Origin: Daphnia carinata
Lineage: Eukaryota
DNA: 64,000 nt
Assembly (NCBI RefSeq): GCF_022539665.2
Contig: NC_081333.1
Span: 5,332,001-5,396,000, forward strand
Direction: 5' to 3'
Position 1 is the stretch's first letter. Every line of letters starts with the position of its first letter. Both the position numbers and the translations under genes were made by a program. Positions 12,731 through 25,552 of this stretch are shown here, in pieces. The notes beneath the pieces are model-generated. The model was not told the DNA's origin. It did no database searches and worked only from the letters and a program-made list of their open reading frames with translations.

Positions 12731-13445
12731 TCATGTCGAATACGGCGAGCGGAAAATTTCGTCTTCGTCTGGCGAAGACAAGAGCCCGGTTTTCGCTAAT
12801 TTCCAAGCGAGTTGCTTGTTGGCCTATTCTTCTTCCACAATCCGCTTGCACTTTCTGGGAGTGTTGGCGGAAGATTCGGATTCTTTCGGGGTTTCCTGGG
12901 GCCCCGTCGCCGGCTTTGGTACATGTTCAGCCGGGGGTTTGGTTGAGGTTGATGACTTCGTGGCGATAGCGAAGCAGTTCCTGGGTTCAAGGAATATTGG
13001 GGCCGAGGTCCTTGACCTTGTCAACGCCTGCTCCCTCCTCAAGATTTCCTCTTTGTCCCTCCGAGGACGGCTAGTCTCCAGGAGGTATCTTGCCCGACTT
13101 TCGGCTTCTCCGGTTGCCTTCTGAGACGCCGAAATAACCTCTGAGTGCAACTCCTTCACTTGCTTTAGGGCCGCTAGCTGAGCCCTCTCTTGTTCGTTCA
13201 GGTATTGGTCAGGCGTATCCAAAGCCATCTGGATAGGCCGGGCGTAGGGGCCGGATCTTCTTGTGTGCGGTCCTCCCCGGTCTCTGCTCCGGGAATGGCA
13301 CTGGGATTCGGAGCTTTCGAAACACCCTTTTGGAATTTTCCGCTCAAGTTCCTTCCACAACTGTACGAGCGGGTGTCGGCGTCGAGAGGGGACTAGAACC
13401 GTGCGAACACGGCGTGCTGGTGATGTGTCAGGAGACTATCCGACA
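12731..13445 (-). pseudogene. Bel/Pao accessory ORF0 homologue with internal stops
   Basis: SDSLL..HAVFARF, LWKELERKIPKG, GPYARP, DTPDQYLNEQERAQLAALK and KLAKTGLLSSPDEDEIFRSPYST* align with 51865..52565. Confidence 0.8.
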
Positions 13446-13543
13446 CTGTAATGAGAAAAAAATGTTTTGGGTTTTATTGTTATTAAGGATATATATATTT
13501 TTGTGTTGTGTGCTTGTTGTTTTTTTTTATTCTGGGTCGGCGC

Positions 13544-13561
13544 CTCCGGTTCGAAGGACCA
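13544..13561 (-). promoter_or_regulatory. Primer-binding site, tRNA-Tyr type
   Basis: TGGTCCTTCGAACCGGAG, 2 nt after the LTR end. Confidence 0.85.
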
Positions 13562-13563
13562 AA

Positions 13564-14577
13564 TGTGGAATATCCTCCACCGTCGGAGACTGCCGACTCA
13601 GGGTTGTGATTTGGCGGGAGGTCTGGTGAGGCCTAGCCCTTGTAAGGAGCCAGCGTATTTTTAGACGGAGTCTCGATTGGGAGTTAATTGTAGACGGAAG
13701 GTCACTTATGGGGAACACGACCGGGAAGTGGGGCAGGTTTATGGGCCGTTACACATTACAGCGCCAAAAAGAACCGTACCTAGGAAAAAATGATGCGTAA
13801 ATGGAACAGGAAAAAAATATAAAATTACTTGCAGATTTAGCAGAGGAGGTTCCGGGGGTGCTTGAGATCTTGATGCGACGCGGCTGCAGGCGGGAAGCAG
13901 GAGGCGGACGACAACGTGGGACGGCAGCGGGACAGCGATAACGGCGGACACTCAAAGACACAACAAGGCACACCAAAAAACACTAGAAAAGGGCTACCTT
14001 AAATGAAGAGAAGTGAGCCGCTTCGGTGAAAAAATGTGTGTGTATTATCCGGGCCTGAGTGGCCCTCATATACCCATACAAAAACCCACGGTTGACAGAT
14101 AAACATAATTAATGGAACATAAGTTTAAACGCTGGTCCAGAGGCCGCCTCTGATTCTTCTTTCTTCTGACCGCGGGATAACCCCTTCCCTCGACACTTCA
14201 ACCTTCCCCTTTCCGATGCTCGAAGGGATTTTCCTGCGGCTACCATCCTTCTTCCTGCCGCTGGTTTTTAATATTCGATTCCTTCTTTCGTCGCTAGAGA
14301 CTGTTCCATGTAGATGGGAAAGTCGTTAACATATTTCAATATCATAATATGGGTTCCCGGTCTTTCATTATTCAATCATGCGGTGCGGTGGTCTTAACCC
14401 CCGGCCACGCTTACCCCTTAGTCCGTCGTACGGTGGGTCTGTTTTAAGTCGCGGAACTCGGCTGGATTTGTCCGCCTGGAGCTTCCGTCTCTCCGTCCAC
14501 AGGGTTTTCACCCAAATCTTCTGTTATTGGCCCGGCCTGGACCCCTGACTGTGGGTCGGACGTCAGATTTTCCGACA
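13564..14577 (-). repeat. Bel/Pao 5' LTR (~1014 bp)
   Basis: Minus strand TGTCGGAAAATCTGACG...TTCCACA; both ends are homologous to the LTR at 50697-51790. Confidence 0.9.
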
Positions 14578-14810
14578 CCCTATACTCCAGAACAAAATGG
14601 AGTATCAGAAAGACTCAATAGAACGGTGTTCGAATCAGCAAGAAGTATGCTTCATTCTTCTTCCCTGCCGCTAGAGCTCTGGGCTGAAGCATCCTACTGT
14701 GCTGTCTATTTGCTTAACCGTGTGGCAACCCAAGTGGTCGAAGGAAGAACACCCTATGATGTATGGAAAGGTGTGAAGCCCAATGTTCCTTACATCAGAG
14801 TTTTTGGATC
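14578..14810 (+). mobile_element. Ty1/Copia integrase fragment (apparent target of the Bel/Pao insertion)
   Basis: PYTPEQNGVSERLNRTVFESARSML..LWAEA..IRVFGS. Confidence 0.9.
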
Positions 14811-16039
14811 TACTCTGAAAAACAGGCAGGCAGAGGCTTCCTTTAAATGACTCCCTTATTCTACCCTTTTTGACTGTCGTCTGCATGGTAGTCGGGTATA
14901 TAGTGTGACTGTCTTCCGTCTCTATGATCAGTTATAATAAAAGCTTCACCACGCTACACTAGTTGTTCTAACGTCTAATTCGTTAATTTCAACAATATAT
15001 ATTGACATAATAATAATTGTAATATAATTTTGTAACTTCCTTGAAGAGTTATAAAATTAAATGGTTATTTTGTGTGCATCTGTATATATATGTTTTTTCT
15101 GCCATAGTTTCGCTTCACTTTTTTATGTAATGTATAATTTGCCTATTTCTAAATACTAAAGAAAAATTAACTAGATTGGGACTGCAGTACAATTCCACCT
15201 ATTTTAACGAAGTCACAACGATGTTTATGATGTATCAATAATACAGCAGACGCTTTAGTCGCACGGTAAATATTTATGCTTAACATATTCAGTCATAACA
15301 GTTTTGTTTCAAATGGCAAATATACAAGACAGAGTCACAGTGTAAACAAGGCACGACATGTGGAACACTTGAAATATTTGGCCAAGTCAGATTGTTTTTT
15401 AGTATTTTTACAAGCCCAGTGACACCATTCCAGGCAACTGTCACAGACCACGACATTGGGTGTGGTTTTATTAATATACTTCTTACAGTCACCACATATG
15501 GGATGTTTTTCTTAAAATTCACTGTAAGGAAGTATTATATTAAAGATTATTTTTGTTGTAAAAAATAACATGTTTCACTGCTAACTTACTCAAGCTTATT
15601 GTGGCTATCCAGGCTTCCTCCGTAAATAATTTCTGAAATTTTGGAAGTTCTACTACTACGTCCTCTTCTGTGAGTGTGCTGCTAACCATTTCAGGCATAG
15701 GGTTGATGTCATGTTCTTCCATTAACTATTTTAGCACGAAGAATTTCAGCTCTCGCTTCCAATAACCCATGTCAAAAACACCATTTCGGTTCAAAGGTAT
15801 ATTAAACTATTTTTTATAGAAAATTACTTAACATGTCTTACCTCTAGATTTCTCAGTTGCTGATTTGATGGTGAATCTGGTAGGTGTAATTTTATAGTTA
15901 TCGAGTGTTTTTGTTTTCCTTGGTCGCCCGGTTTTTGGCTTGAAGTTTGGAAGCTTGAGTTCAGCCAACTCAACATCTCTGATTTTTCGCTTTTTCGCTT
16001 GATCGGTTGCTACAAGGTCAACTGGAGCTGGATCTAGTG

Positions 16040-16203
16040 CCACATGAGCAGTAGCAAAAATTTCAGCAGTCGCAGGAGTTTCAGCAGACGCAAGAATTTC
16101 TGTAGTAGAATGAATTTCAACAGACGCAGGAGTTTCAGAAGACGCGGGAATTTCAGCATAAGCGGGAATTTCAGCAGACGCAGGAGTTTCAGCAGACGCA
16201 GGA
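16040..16203 (-). repeat. 18-bp coding minisatellite (PASAET/PASAEI units, about 9 copies)
   Basis: Repeated TTTCAGCAGACGCAGGAG-like units inside ORF 15828..16376. Confidence 0.8.
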
Positions 16204-16514
16204 TTGTTCATGAATTTGTGGAAGAAATCATCATCTTCCATTTCGGTAATGACTTCCTGTAATAGTGAATCCGTCGAATCAACTATCAACGCAATTTGTT
16301 GGATCATTTTAGGATCTTCGTTTATCATAGGCAAAAAATCTGGAATAGGCTGATCATCTGAAATAAAATAGTACACTTAATTTAATTGTTTAAGTTTAAG
16401 GGTAGCCGGTGAAATAGGACTGAAAATTTCCAGTTTCGCCCATTAGTTAAATGGTTCACAAAATTTTTTTTTCTTATCCTATTTTAATATTAATTGCAGG
16501 AGAACATGAACTAT

Positions 16515-16658
16515 TGATTGAAAGGAAGCTTTGAGATCACTGATTTTATTGTCTGATTGAGCTTTACAGGAAAAGTCAGATAATAGGTAGGGCTACATTT
16601 ATGACATTGTTCGCCACCTATACTGGTGTACAGTAGCGCCACTTTGTTTTTCTAAACA
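16515..16658 (-). repeat. Copia 3' LTR (144 bp)
   Basis: About 10 substitutions and 1 indel versus the 5' LTR (hand count). Confidence 0.9.
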
Positions 16659-16674
16659 CCCCCTCAAAGTGAAG

Positions 16675-19600
16675 CTAAGATTTCCACTCAACAATATCCA
16701 AACCAAGTAATTTAGTGCAGACATTGTGCTTTGTTCCAAAGAGGACTTTGGTGAGAATGTCAGCTGCCATTTTTTCTGTAGGGGCGTATTTTGGCTGGAT
16801 CTTGTTGTGCTCGTATGCTTCACGGAAGAAGTGGTGCCTGGTGTCGATGTGCTTTGTTCTGGAATGATGGATAGGGTTCTTGGTACCAGCTAAGATGAAT
16901 GCGTAACCGGTGTAAGCGATGTCTGGTCTTGTAGAGACCGTCAAGTACATCAATGACCCGATCAGGTTCTGGTAGGGGTAGTCAACCGCTACGACGTCTG
17001 GTACGCTCGTCCTTTTCAGCTTTGAATTGCCGTCCATTGGGGTGTTCACCGGGTTGCAATCTTCCATATTAAACCGAGAGAGAATGTCCATGACGTATCT
17101 CCTTTGATGCATCATGATGGATCCATCCAGGCTTTGTTGGAATTCAATACCGAGACAGAAACTGATAGGCCCCATGTCTTTCATGCTGAAAACGCTCATT
17201 AGGGTCGCCTTGAGGCTCTGCAGCTCATGCTCGTTGTTGGATGCTGCGAAGATGTCGTCGACATAGACGGTCACCATTACGATGATCCCACTGTTGGATC
17301 GAATATAGAAACACGGGTCAGACTGGGTTGGCGCCAGGCCTAAGTTTTTCAGTTCAGCATCTAATTTTCTGAACCACTGACGTCCGGCTAGGCGGAGGCC
17401 GTAAATGGCTTTCAAGACGTGGCACGCCTTCCTACGGCCGCTTCGGATGGCGCTCAGCCACCGTTGAGCTGTATCTACTTGATACAGTACGCTAACGTTT
17501 TTGACGTCACCGCTCGTTATCGCGTTCAGCGCTCCCTCTATGCCTTCGGGTAAATCTAGGTAGAGCTCTTCCACACTGTTACCGTTTAGGTAGGCTGTGA
17601 CGACGTCCATCTGGTGGACGTTCAACTGTAGTTCTGCGGACAATGCCATTAATAGGCGAATTGAGGTAGCTCTCGCTACAGGCGCAAATGTGTCGATGAA
17701 GTCTGTGCCAGGTCGCTGAGCGTAGCCCTATGCGACCAGTCTAGCTTTCTTCCGTTCGACCTCGCCGTGTCGGTTAAGCTTAGTTTTCACCACGAATCGT
17801 GTGCCTATCGGCTTGCGATTCGGAGGGAGGTTTACGACGTCTCATGTTTGATTGGAGAGGTGCGCCAAATATTCGTCCATGATGGCGACTCTCCAACTAT
17901 CTGCTTGGTTGCTTCGCAGTGCTTCCGGAGGCGGAGGCTCTGGGGATCCAAGAAATCCGCTAAATTCGCTGCGTGTTCTCCTTCAATTTCGTCAGGTTCC
18001 ATAGGAACGGCGGGGTGCACATCCGTTAGATGGAACTGCTTCTTGGATCGTCCAGGTCTACCTGTTTTCAATAATTTGGGTCTTTCAGGTCCTCTTCTCA
18101 CGTTTGACGCGTCGATGTCGGGCGGTCTTTGCCCTAGGACGGTGATCGCGTCTTCTACGGTTGGAGGTTCTTCGTCGAAGCCCTCCCCTTGCTGGAAGAC
18201 TTCCCACTCGCTGACTTGCGAGTCACTTGAAAAGGGGTCATATTGGCTTTTATCACTGGTAGAGAAAGCGTTCAAGAACTTGACGTCTCGACTTTTGATT
18301 ATTTTTCCTTCCGATGTTGACCACAGGCGATAGGCCTTTGAGTCGTCGCAATATCCGACCAGGAAACATTCCTTTGATCGGCTTTCAAACTTGTCCCTCT
18401 TCGGATCCTTGTTGAGCGCAAGGGCTTTCATTTCGAAGGGCCTGTAGTGGATCAGGTTGGGACTTCTGCCCGTCCATAGTTTAAAGGGGCTATCTCCATT
18501 AACGGTGCGTGAGGGACATAGATTTCGCAGATAGCTTGCCTCACAGCCTCTACCCAGAAGCTCTGTCTGCAACATTAGACATCGTGCGGTTTCGATTAGA
18601 GTCCTGTTCTTCCTTTCGGATACGGCATTCTGTTCAAGCGTATTAGGGACTGTCAGGCGCCGCTTAATGCCGCTCGATTCAAGGAACTCGTTGAACTCCT
18701 TCGCTAGATACTCAGTACCGTTGTCCGTTTGAAGGTACTTGATCCTTTTGCCGGTGCTGTTTTCAGTTTGTGCCTTGAAGTTTTTGAAGGCGTCCAAGTT
18801 TTCAGACCGCTTATGTAAGAAGTAGACTTCGCACCAACGTGAGTAGTCGTCTATGAAAACCGCGAAGTATTTCGCACCGCCTTTTGAGGCCGTCCTCATC
18901 GGGCCGCAAATATCACTGTGGACAATGTCAAGGAGGTCAACACTGCGCTGTTGTGTTGACACTGGAAATGGTGATTCCACTTGTTTTCCTTTGATGCACG
19001 TCTCACAGATTTCCAGTTTTTCAGCCAATCCGGGGTTTACACATATATAGCCGTTCACGGCCATTCGCTTCAAGCTTGCTTCATTTAAGTGGCCAAGTCT
19101 CTCGTGCCACTTCGTGATGTTGGAGTTTTTGCTGGTTTCCGCGATGTTAGCCCTTTCGGAAATTTCATGCACGAAATAAAGGTCCCCTTCTCTCAGGGCA
19201 ACTGCCAGGATCTCACGATTTGGACTAAACACCTAAGCTGCGTCTCGACGGAAAATTATTTCGTTACCCTTGTCGGTAATTTTAGCCACTGATACCAGGT
19301 TGGTACGTAGCTCAGGTACCAGCAATGCCTGGAGAGGGTAGTCTCCCTTCCGTCGTTTCCGACGTTCAGCTTCACTCGAAGATCTCCCATTCCTCTAATC
19401 GTCGACGCTTGGTTGCTTGCCAGGTTGAGCGATATTGAGACGGTTTCGATTTTTTCAAATTTTTCGTCTGCAGCCGACATGTGCGATGTGGCGCCACTGT
19501 CTAGGCACCATTTATTTCGGCTGGATTTGCTATCCATGCTGATGAACGCGTACTCATCAGCGCGCGTCGCTTGGCGACCGTTGGCGTGGTGTGCAATGCT

Positions 19601-20350
19601 CCACGCGGGCAGTGCATTTGGTTTGGGCGCGCGGCACTTAGCGGCCTTTTGGCCGAATTTTTGGCAATGATGACATTGGTGTCTTGATGGTAACCGCTTT
19701 TTCTCCATCCTTTTTTCTCTTGAGGGGAGCGACCTTCTCGCAATAAGGGCGCCTTCAGAGCGGTCGGGGGTGCTGCTTTTGCGTGCCTCGGCTTTCGCGA
19801 GGACTTTCACTTTCAGAGCGTCCGGTTTTGGGAGGTCATCACGTGACTCGATAGCACATCAAACGTTTTCGAAGCTCGTCGGAAGGCTGTATAGCAGCAT
19901 GATTGCTAACAGGTCGTCGTTTATTTCGAGCTTCATTTCGTGAAGTTTGTCGACCGCATTAAAACACTGGTCGAGGTGCTGTCTGATGTCGTCACCTTTT
20001 TTTAGTCGGGACAGGGTCAACCGCTTCAACAGCGTCGCTTTCTTTGCTGGGCCTTGTGACTGGTAGATGGACTCCAGCTTCAACCACACCTTCCGTGACG
20101 TTTTGCACTCTTTTATATGCTTTAATTCAGATAGAGACATCTACAAAATTATGTCGGACTTCGCCTTTTGATCGTCAGATTCCCACTTTCTCACAGTGGC
20201 GGAGCTATCAGGTGAAGCAATAGGTTCCGGTTTTATGACCGAGCCGCCTGCATATTGCCACTCGTCTGTCTTGATAAGCAACGCTTGCATTTGTACCTTC
20301 CACGTGTCGATATTGTCTTTGCTAAATGGCTTAATGTGGTACTTTGCCAT
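16675..20350 (-). pseudogene. Copia gag-pol with stops, frameshifts and an RNase H deletion
   Basis: CHHCQKFGQKAAKC, WCLDSGAT, WHERLGH, HSDICGP, QTDNGTEY, QMDVVTAYLNG, VYVDDI, RTKHIDTRHHF. Confidence 0.93.
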
Positions 20351-20435
20351 TGTGACAGTGTAACTACACGCGCGGTATCAAACAGGAGACACAAAGGGTG
20401 AAAACGAGACTCACACAATAGTAGCGTAGACTGCC

Positions 20436-20449
20436 CTGGGCCCATAACC
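20436..20449 (-). promoter_or_regulatory. Copia PBS (internal tRNA-iMet fragment type)
   Basis: GGTTATGGGCCCAG directly after the LTR, as in Drosophila copia. Confidence 0.85.
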
Positions 20450-20934
20450 TGATGGAAAGGAAGCTTTGAGATCCCTGATTTTATTGTCTGATTAAGCTTT
20501 ACAGGAAAGTCGGATGATAGGTAGGGGTACATTTATGACATGGTTCGCCACCTATACTGGTGTACAGTAACACTGTCACCGATTTAATCGGTGGGGGTAG
20601 GACCCGGTAGAGGGCTTTCCCTTGTGTTTCCTTAACCCTTTTTTTTTGTTTCTTGGCGGCCCTAGTGGGTCGACACAAGTTAGTTCCTTTGTAAGTCCCT
20701 TTCAGGGCTGTTAGTTTTTTTGTATTCATCTGTGAGTCCTTTTCTGTCCCTCGTTTAGAGTCGACCATTCTCGTCGAAACTTCCCTTGGTTTGTTTTCAA
20801 TAAAGTACTGGAAACCTAGTTAGTCTCACTTGATTGTACAAGCAGGGAATTTAGGGCTTTAAAACTGACTCAAGTAAAGCTATTGCCATTCTCACGTGAG
20901 ATACGCAACAAGCACCACTTTGTATTTCTCAACA
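20450..20934 (-). repeat. Copia 5' LTR, split by a solo LTR
   Basis: 20450-20573 plus 20911-20934 reconstitute the 16515-16658 sequence. Confidence 0.9.
20574..20910. mobile_element. Solo LTR (337 bp) of an unidentified family
   Basis: TGTCAC...GCAACA termini, 5-bp TSD AACAC/AGCAC, internal AATAAA. Confidence 0.8.
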
Positions 20935-23900
20935 ACGATATTGTATTTAATAGAGTTCATTTAACAAAATACTATTAGACATCCTACAGAAATATTTATT
21001 ACTTATATTGCACTTTATATGGTCATAACCAACTTTTCCAATTGCACTAATGTTTTACTATTTTATACAACTATCTTTACATTATATACAGCTCTAAATG
21101 TTTTGTGAACCATTTAAGTATGAGTTAACGCCATCGGTTTTTTAAAAAGGGAAATGGATATAAACCGACGCTCCTGTACCGGTTTGGAGGCTCATCGTTC
21201 CTACTGGAACAAAGTAAATGAAATAGGACTAATGCCGAGGAAAAATAGGACTGTCCTAAAAGTTTTTAAAAGTCAGTCCTATTTCTCCCAGTCCTATTTC
21301 TTCGGTAGAAATCGGATTGGAAATTTTCAATCCTATTTCTCCAGTCCTATTTCGTTTCAGTCCTATTTCACCGCAAATCAGTTTAAGTTATAAAATTACA
21401 CTAGTTAACGTTTACCTTCAACTATAGTGATGAATTTATGGCTTCTTATTGCTTCGTGAAGCTGCTGCATTAAGCGAAGATATCCCTTAAACACAGGCAA
21501 AGGCAGTCTTATTGAAATTGACGTTTTATTGAAATTTCTCCTGGAAATCATCGGAGAACTAAAGTTTTCAGGTGAAGTGTTTTCGGGATAATCTTCCTAT
21601 AAAATAAGTAATTGTTATATTGATAAAGTTGACGATGATTCCATTCGAAATAATTTTAGCGCTTCGGTTGCTTCTTTAAGCCAGCGTTGATTGTATGCTT
21701 GCACAGGTAGTTCTTTTTTGTCTTGCAGGGCAACGAAAAGAATGTGACGACAGGGTAAACCACACCACGTTGAGAAGGTGCAGTCTCACTCGTTGAGTGT
21801 CTCGGAAACTTTATACGTATTGGAGCATGATGTAATTTGTACGCCTAATGTTCCTGTAATTAAGTTTGAGGTAACGTTTAATAAAAATTTATCTTTTTTT
21901 CACAATACCTTGTATGCAGTGTAGGATGTCTTTGGCAAATAGAGTTCCTCCTCAACAAGTCTTGCAGCATAAGACGTGAATATGTCAAACACTCTGCATA
22001 GGATGGGATGCGGCTTTTTCGTAGCGAACTTGATGCTACACGTCAACATTCTTTTATTCCGGTCATCAAGGCGGAGCAAAATATGTCTAGAAGAATTTGT
22101 ATGAGTTCCAGGAACATAACTTGTTGATGTTGTAAGTTTCTTTTTATTGTAGAATGGAATGTGACTTAAAAAAAAATATTTTAATGTTTCTTTTTACAGG
22201 AAAAATATTGTAATTATGTAGAAAAGGGTAATACCTTTCAAGGCGATTCGTAGTATTATTTGTCATACCGAAGACCGAAAGGCGGTAGCACATCGCCCAC
22301 ACCTCTGGTGTTTTGAACCAGTAAGTTGCAAAATAATCACCGAGTCCGTCGTGTTCTATTGAAGTAATTTCAAAAATTAGCATAAGATATTTAAGTAACA
22401 TTTCTAATTTTTCTTACCGATTTTGCAGAGCTCATACGATTTGTATATTAGGTCCATTTCAGAATGCAAATACACTGCGGCTCTGAATGATTCGTATATC
22501 TCCTCTCTTTGGCCCAGCAATAGATGCAAAAAAGACTGGTTGCGGATGGGAAGAGCTATTGAACAAATGCCAATTCGCGGCAATCCTTGTCGGTAATGAG
22601 AACTTTAGTTTTCAAAATTTCATTATGCTAAAAATTAAAACATTGAGTTTGTATTAGATACGTTTCAGGCGAACAAATTAACCAACAATACACACCAGTG
22701 AAGATCTTCAGGCCAGTTTGGATTGCTTCTGTAGTTTCTTCTTTAAGAAAGAAATGCGCAATCGGTTGCACAACACCATACTTGTACACCAAGAGGTTAG
22801 TGTAAAGGGGCATCTTCGTTTTGTTTAGCTTGTAGGTCCCATCCAATTGTAGAACTTCACCGTACTTTTTAAGCAGGTCCCGTTGTTCCTTTAACTGGAT
22901 ATAAATCATGCCGATGACGTAATCGTCGTTATGCACAACTTTTACCACGTTGTCAGGACCGTTGGCGTACGTGCTCAAAAGAGTATCATCGTTGATCCGC
23001 TCTTCTCAGGGTCCTTGTACAATAGTCCTTAAACAATAGAAGTAAGTTAATTAACTTTGGTAAATAGTAAAAAATGTCTAGCTTTACTACCTATGCACTT
23101 CTGCTTTATATTTTGAAGATCTTTTGAGGACAGGTGAGTTCCAAATTGAATTTGGAGCTGTTGTCGGATCCGTCCAGGGACGCCACCGGCTTCAAGAGTT
23201 TTTTCAGCATATACTAGTGCTTCTGGGGCAATGTTTCTAAATTAGAACAATAGAATTGATTTATTTTTGCTTCAATGCATTACGTGTTATAAGTTTTTAT
23301 TTACTTTCGCCTTTGATAACTCGAAATGCGTTCTTCGGAAACAGGATGTCCGCTGTGCTCCATGGGTGCCCTTTGAACACGATAACGAGAAAAAAAAATG
23401 TCGAAAATGACCCGAAAACCAAAGGGACACTCACAGGAATACACATTCTGGTTCGCACGGATACCCACTGACCTATCACAATGTTTACCCGAATCGCAGC
23501 ACACAATGTTAGCACTTCGTTACACATATTTTGGGTCAATTTTATTGGATCCGTTTTTCTTATTGTGGGATTCCACTGCTCGCCGTTCAGCGAAACGTAC
23601 AGGTGAGAATGAAACTTCCGTCAGTTACCTCATAACTGATTCAACAACATCCATACTTTCGAAAACCCGCCCAACATGGATGGAAGACAAAAGTTGAGCG
23701 GAAGAGATGGAATGCGAAGCCATTTCCGTAGGTAATAAAATGTAAGAATAAATTACGCAAGCCCAAGCGACACATATTTATATATGGAGTTTCCTCCTCC
23801 CTACGATTTTGTTTCTTTTGTCGGTGTTATTGTTTGAATTAAATTGATCCCAGAGGAGTAAGGAAATTTATCGGTAACATCACTTTTTTAAAACCACAGC

Positions 23901-24160
23901 GGTAAGCTTATCTCGTCATTACAAACAACATTAACCCAAAAAATGTATAAAATAAACTGTTAACAAGATTTCGGGAACTTTTGAACATTCGGGGGTAAAC
24001 TGTTTAAACATTTACTTGATCTCAGGGGAAGAAACCAAAATTCATCAGTAACAGATGAATTTCTAAAAGTCTAGAATATTTTAAATATAAATAGACGCAT
24101 TATTGTGTCATTTATTGCTATTTCAGAATATAGATATATATATATATCACATACCGACAT

Positions 24161-24360
24161 CAGGGGTATGCAATTTCATCAGACATTGCTATAGCCGTGG
24201 TCGGCGAATTTGCCATGTCGCCCCTGACGTAGTAGAATCCATGGTCATTAGCCAAGAACCAATGGGGGAGGAGCCACCATGTCCCCGCATATAGGCCTGA
24301 CATGGCAATAGCCATTTTGCATCTTACTGCCATGTCAGCCTGACATGGCAATAGATTTTT
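24161..24360. mobile_element. Possible orphan hAT-like transposon end
   Basis: CAGGGGTATGC start followed by about 6 GACATGGC/GCCATGTC motifs in both orientations. No partner TIR seen. Confidence 0.35.
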
Positions 24361-24714
24361 TTAAAACAATCAGAAACTGTCTGCAGACGCCATCTATTGG
24401 CAAATATCGTACCAATGATTGCGATAGAATTTTTATGGGAAAATGTCCCGGCATGTGGTGTTTTACCAATACATGAACCATTTAGTTTCTTATTAATATT
24501 TGTTGCCCTATATTGGAAAACTGTTTATTTTTTCTTATTGCTGATTATTTTACTGATTATTTGACTCCCTAGCCATGTTTGAACATTCATCCTTTTGAAG
24601 CAGCTAGGCATAGCTCTTTTCTTTGTTTAATGTCCTTTCAAATTGTTCTATGTCAAATTTTTAATAAAACCTAATTGAACTTAATGTGACTGTAGGCACT
24701 AAACTGAAATTCGA

Positions 24715-25001
24715 TGTTAAATTTTTGGGACGTCTTTGTTAGGGATGCGTCTACTTCGCCTGATGAGGAAGTGCTTCCCCAACCTCCTGGCATTACCCCG
24801 TAGTGATTGTCACCTGTGATAGTAGCGACCTCACCTGGCAAATGAAGCAGACAGGAAGTATACTGTAATCACTCTGAAAATACACAAGTCCAATTACTCA
24901 ATTCCGTCTAAACCTCGTCTTAGCCTCACGTCCCTGTACACGTGCAAAGCACAAGCTTACCACGCTTGGCGGAGACCCACGACCCCAAGGCCTCCGCAAC
25001 A
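24715..25001 (+). repeat. 5' LTR (287 bp)
   Basis: TG...CA followed after 3 nt by a TGG PBS. Confidence 0.7.
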
Positions 25002-25004
25002 ATT

Positions 25005-25022
25005 TGGTGCACCGACCGGGAA
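25005..25022 (+). promoter_or_regulatory. PBS, probably tRNA-Gly
   Basis: TGGTGCACCGACCGGGAA is nearly complementary to the tRNA-Gly(GCC) 3' end. Confidence 0.65.
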
Positions 25023-25552
25023 GCTTGACGCCTGCACGTAATCCCGTGAGGTAAACCTTATCCTTGTGTATCTACGGCATCTTCCCCGATACCGTAGTCA
25101 TTTTCACTCTAAAATAGAGCTCGAGAAATACCCCGTTCAGTCTCGATGCTTCAACAATGGCCACAGCAGTAGCCTCCGACGAAATCGTTATCAACAAAGA
25201 CCACGCCGACAATCCTCGATACGCCCTATCAGAAGCCGAAGATGACCAGTCCACCTCGTCCGAAGAAGAAGCCACGATGACAGCGGAAGAAGCAAAACTG
25301 CAGCTCAAAGTGCTGCGGCATGCGCGTGGGAGAGAGAAGAAGCGGATCAGCGACGCCATTAAAATCGTCGACGGATACTTGAGAAGTAAAGACTGTGATC
25401 TGCACAATTATCAAAAGGTCCTAGCGCAACGAGAAGTCATCCTAAACTACCTCGAAGCCTGCCAGAAAATCCATCGGACGTCAGAGTGCCTGGTTTTCTC
25501 CAAAATGATGCCGACAATTTCGAGGCCGTTCAAACTAAGGTCGAGAGTACTA

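Larger units (their letters stand above)
10176..14577 (-). mobile_element. Bel/Pao LTR retrotransposon, 3'-truncated (5' LTR, PBS, ORF0, gag, PR); relative of the element at 50697-59568
   Basis: LPLPTFNGD gag, CLKCLRRSHRTEHC knuckles, LIDSGSQRSYI protease, FWSLEHMG. Breaks off before RT. Confidence 0.92.
16515..20934 (-). mobile_element. Ty1/Copia element with both LTRs, degraded
   Basis: LTRs 16515-16658 and 20450-20934; TSD ACTAT/ACGAT (1 mismatch); PBS; PPT TTGAGGGGG; order gag-PR-IN-RT. Confidence 0.95.
16401..21379. mobile_element. Non-autonomous TIR element, Merlin-like, hosting a Copia
   Basis: TIRs GGTAGCCGGTGAAATAGGACTGAAA and GATTTGCGGTGAAATAGGACTGAAA; perfect 8-bp TSD AGTTTAAG (16393-16400, 21380-21387); subterminal AAATAGGACT repeats. 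Superfamily is inferred from the G(G) end and 8-bp TSD. Confidence 0.8.
15300..23723 (-). mobile_element. Mutator-like (MULE) transposase gene, multi-exon and degraded, split by nested insertions at 16401-21379; TIRs not located
   Basis: N-terminal FAR1/ZSWIM3-like C..CPF..H.H; DDE motifs LQLDGTYKLN, LITDKD, TTNRLE; SWIM CTFSTWCGLPCRH (~21745-21785); C-terminal PHD-like CDSCLEWCHWAC..FKCSTC (~15350-15450). Confidence 0.8.
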
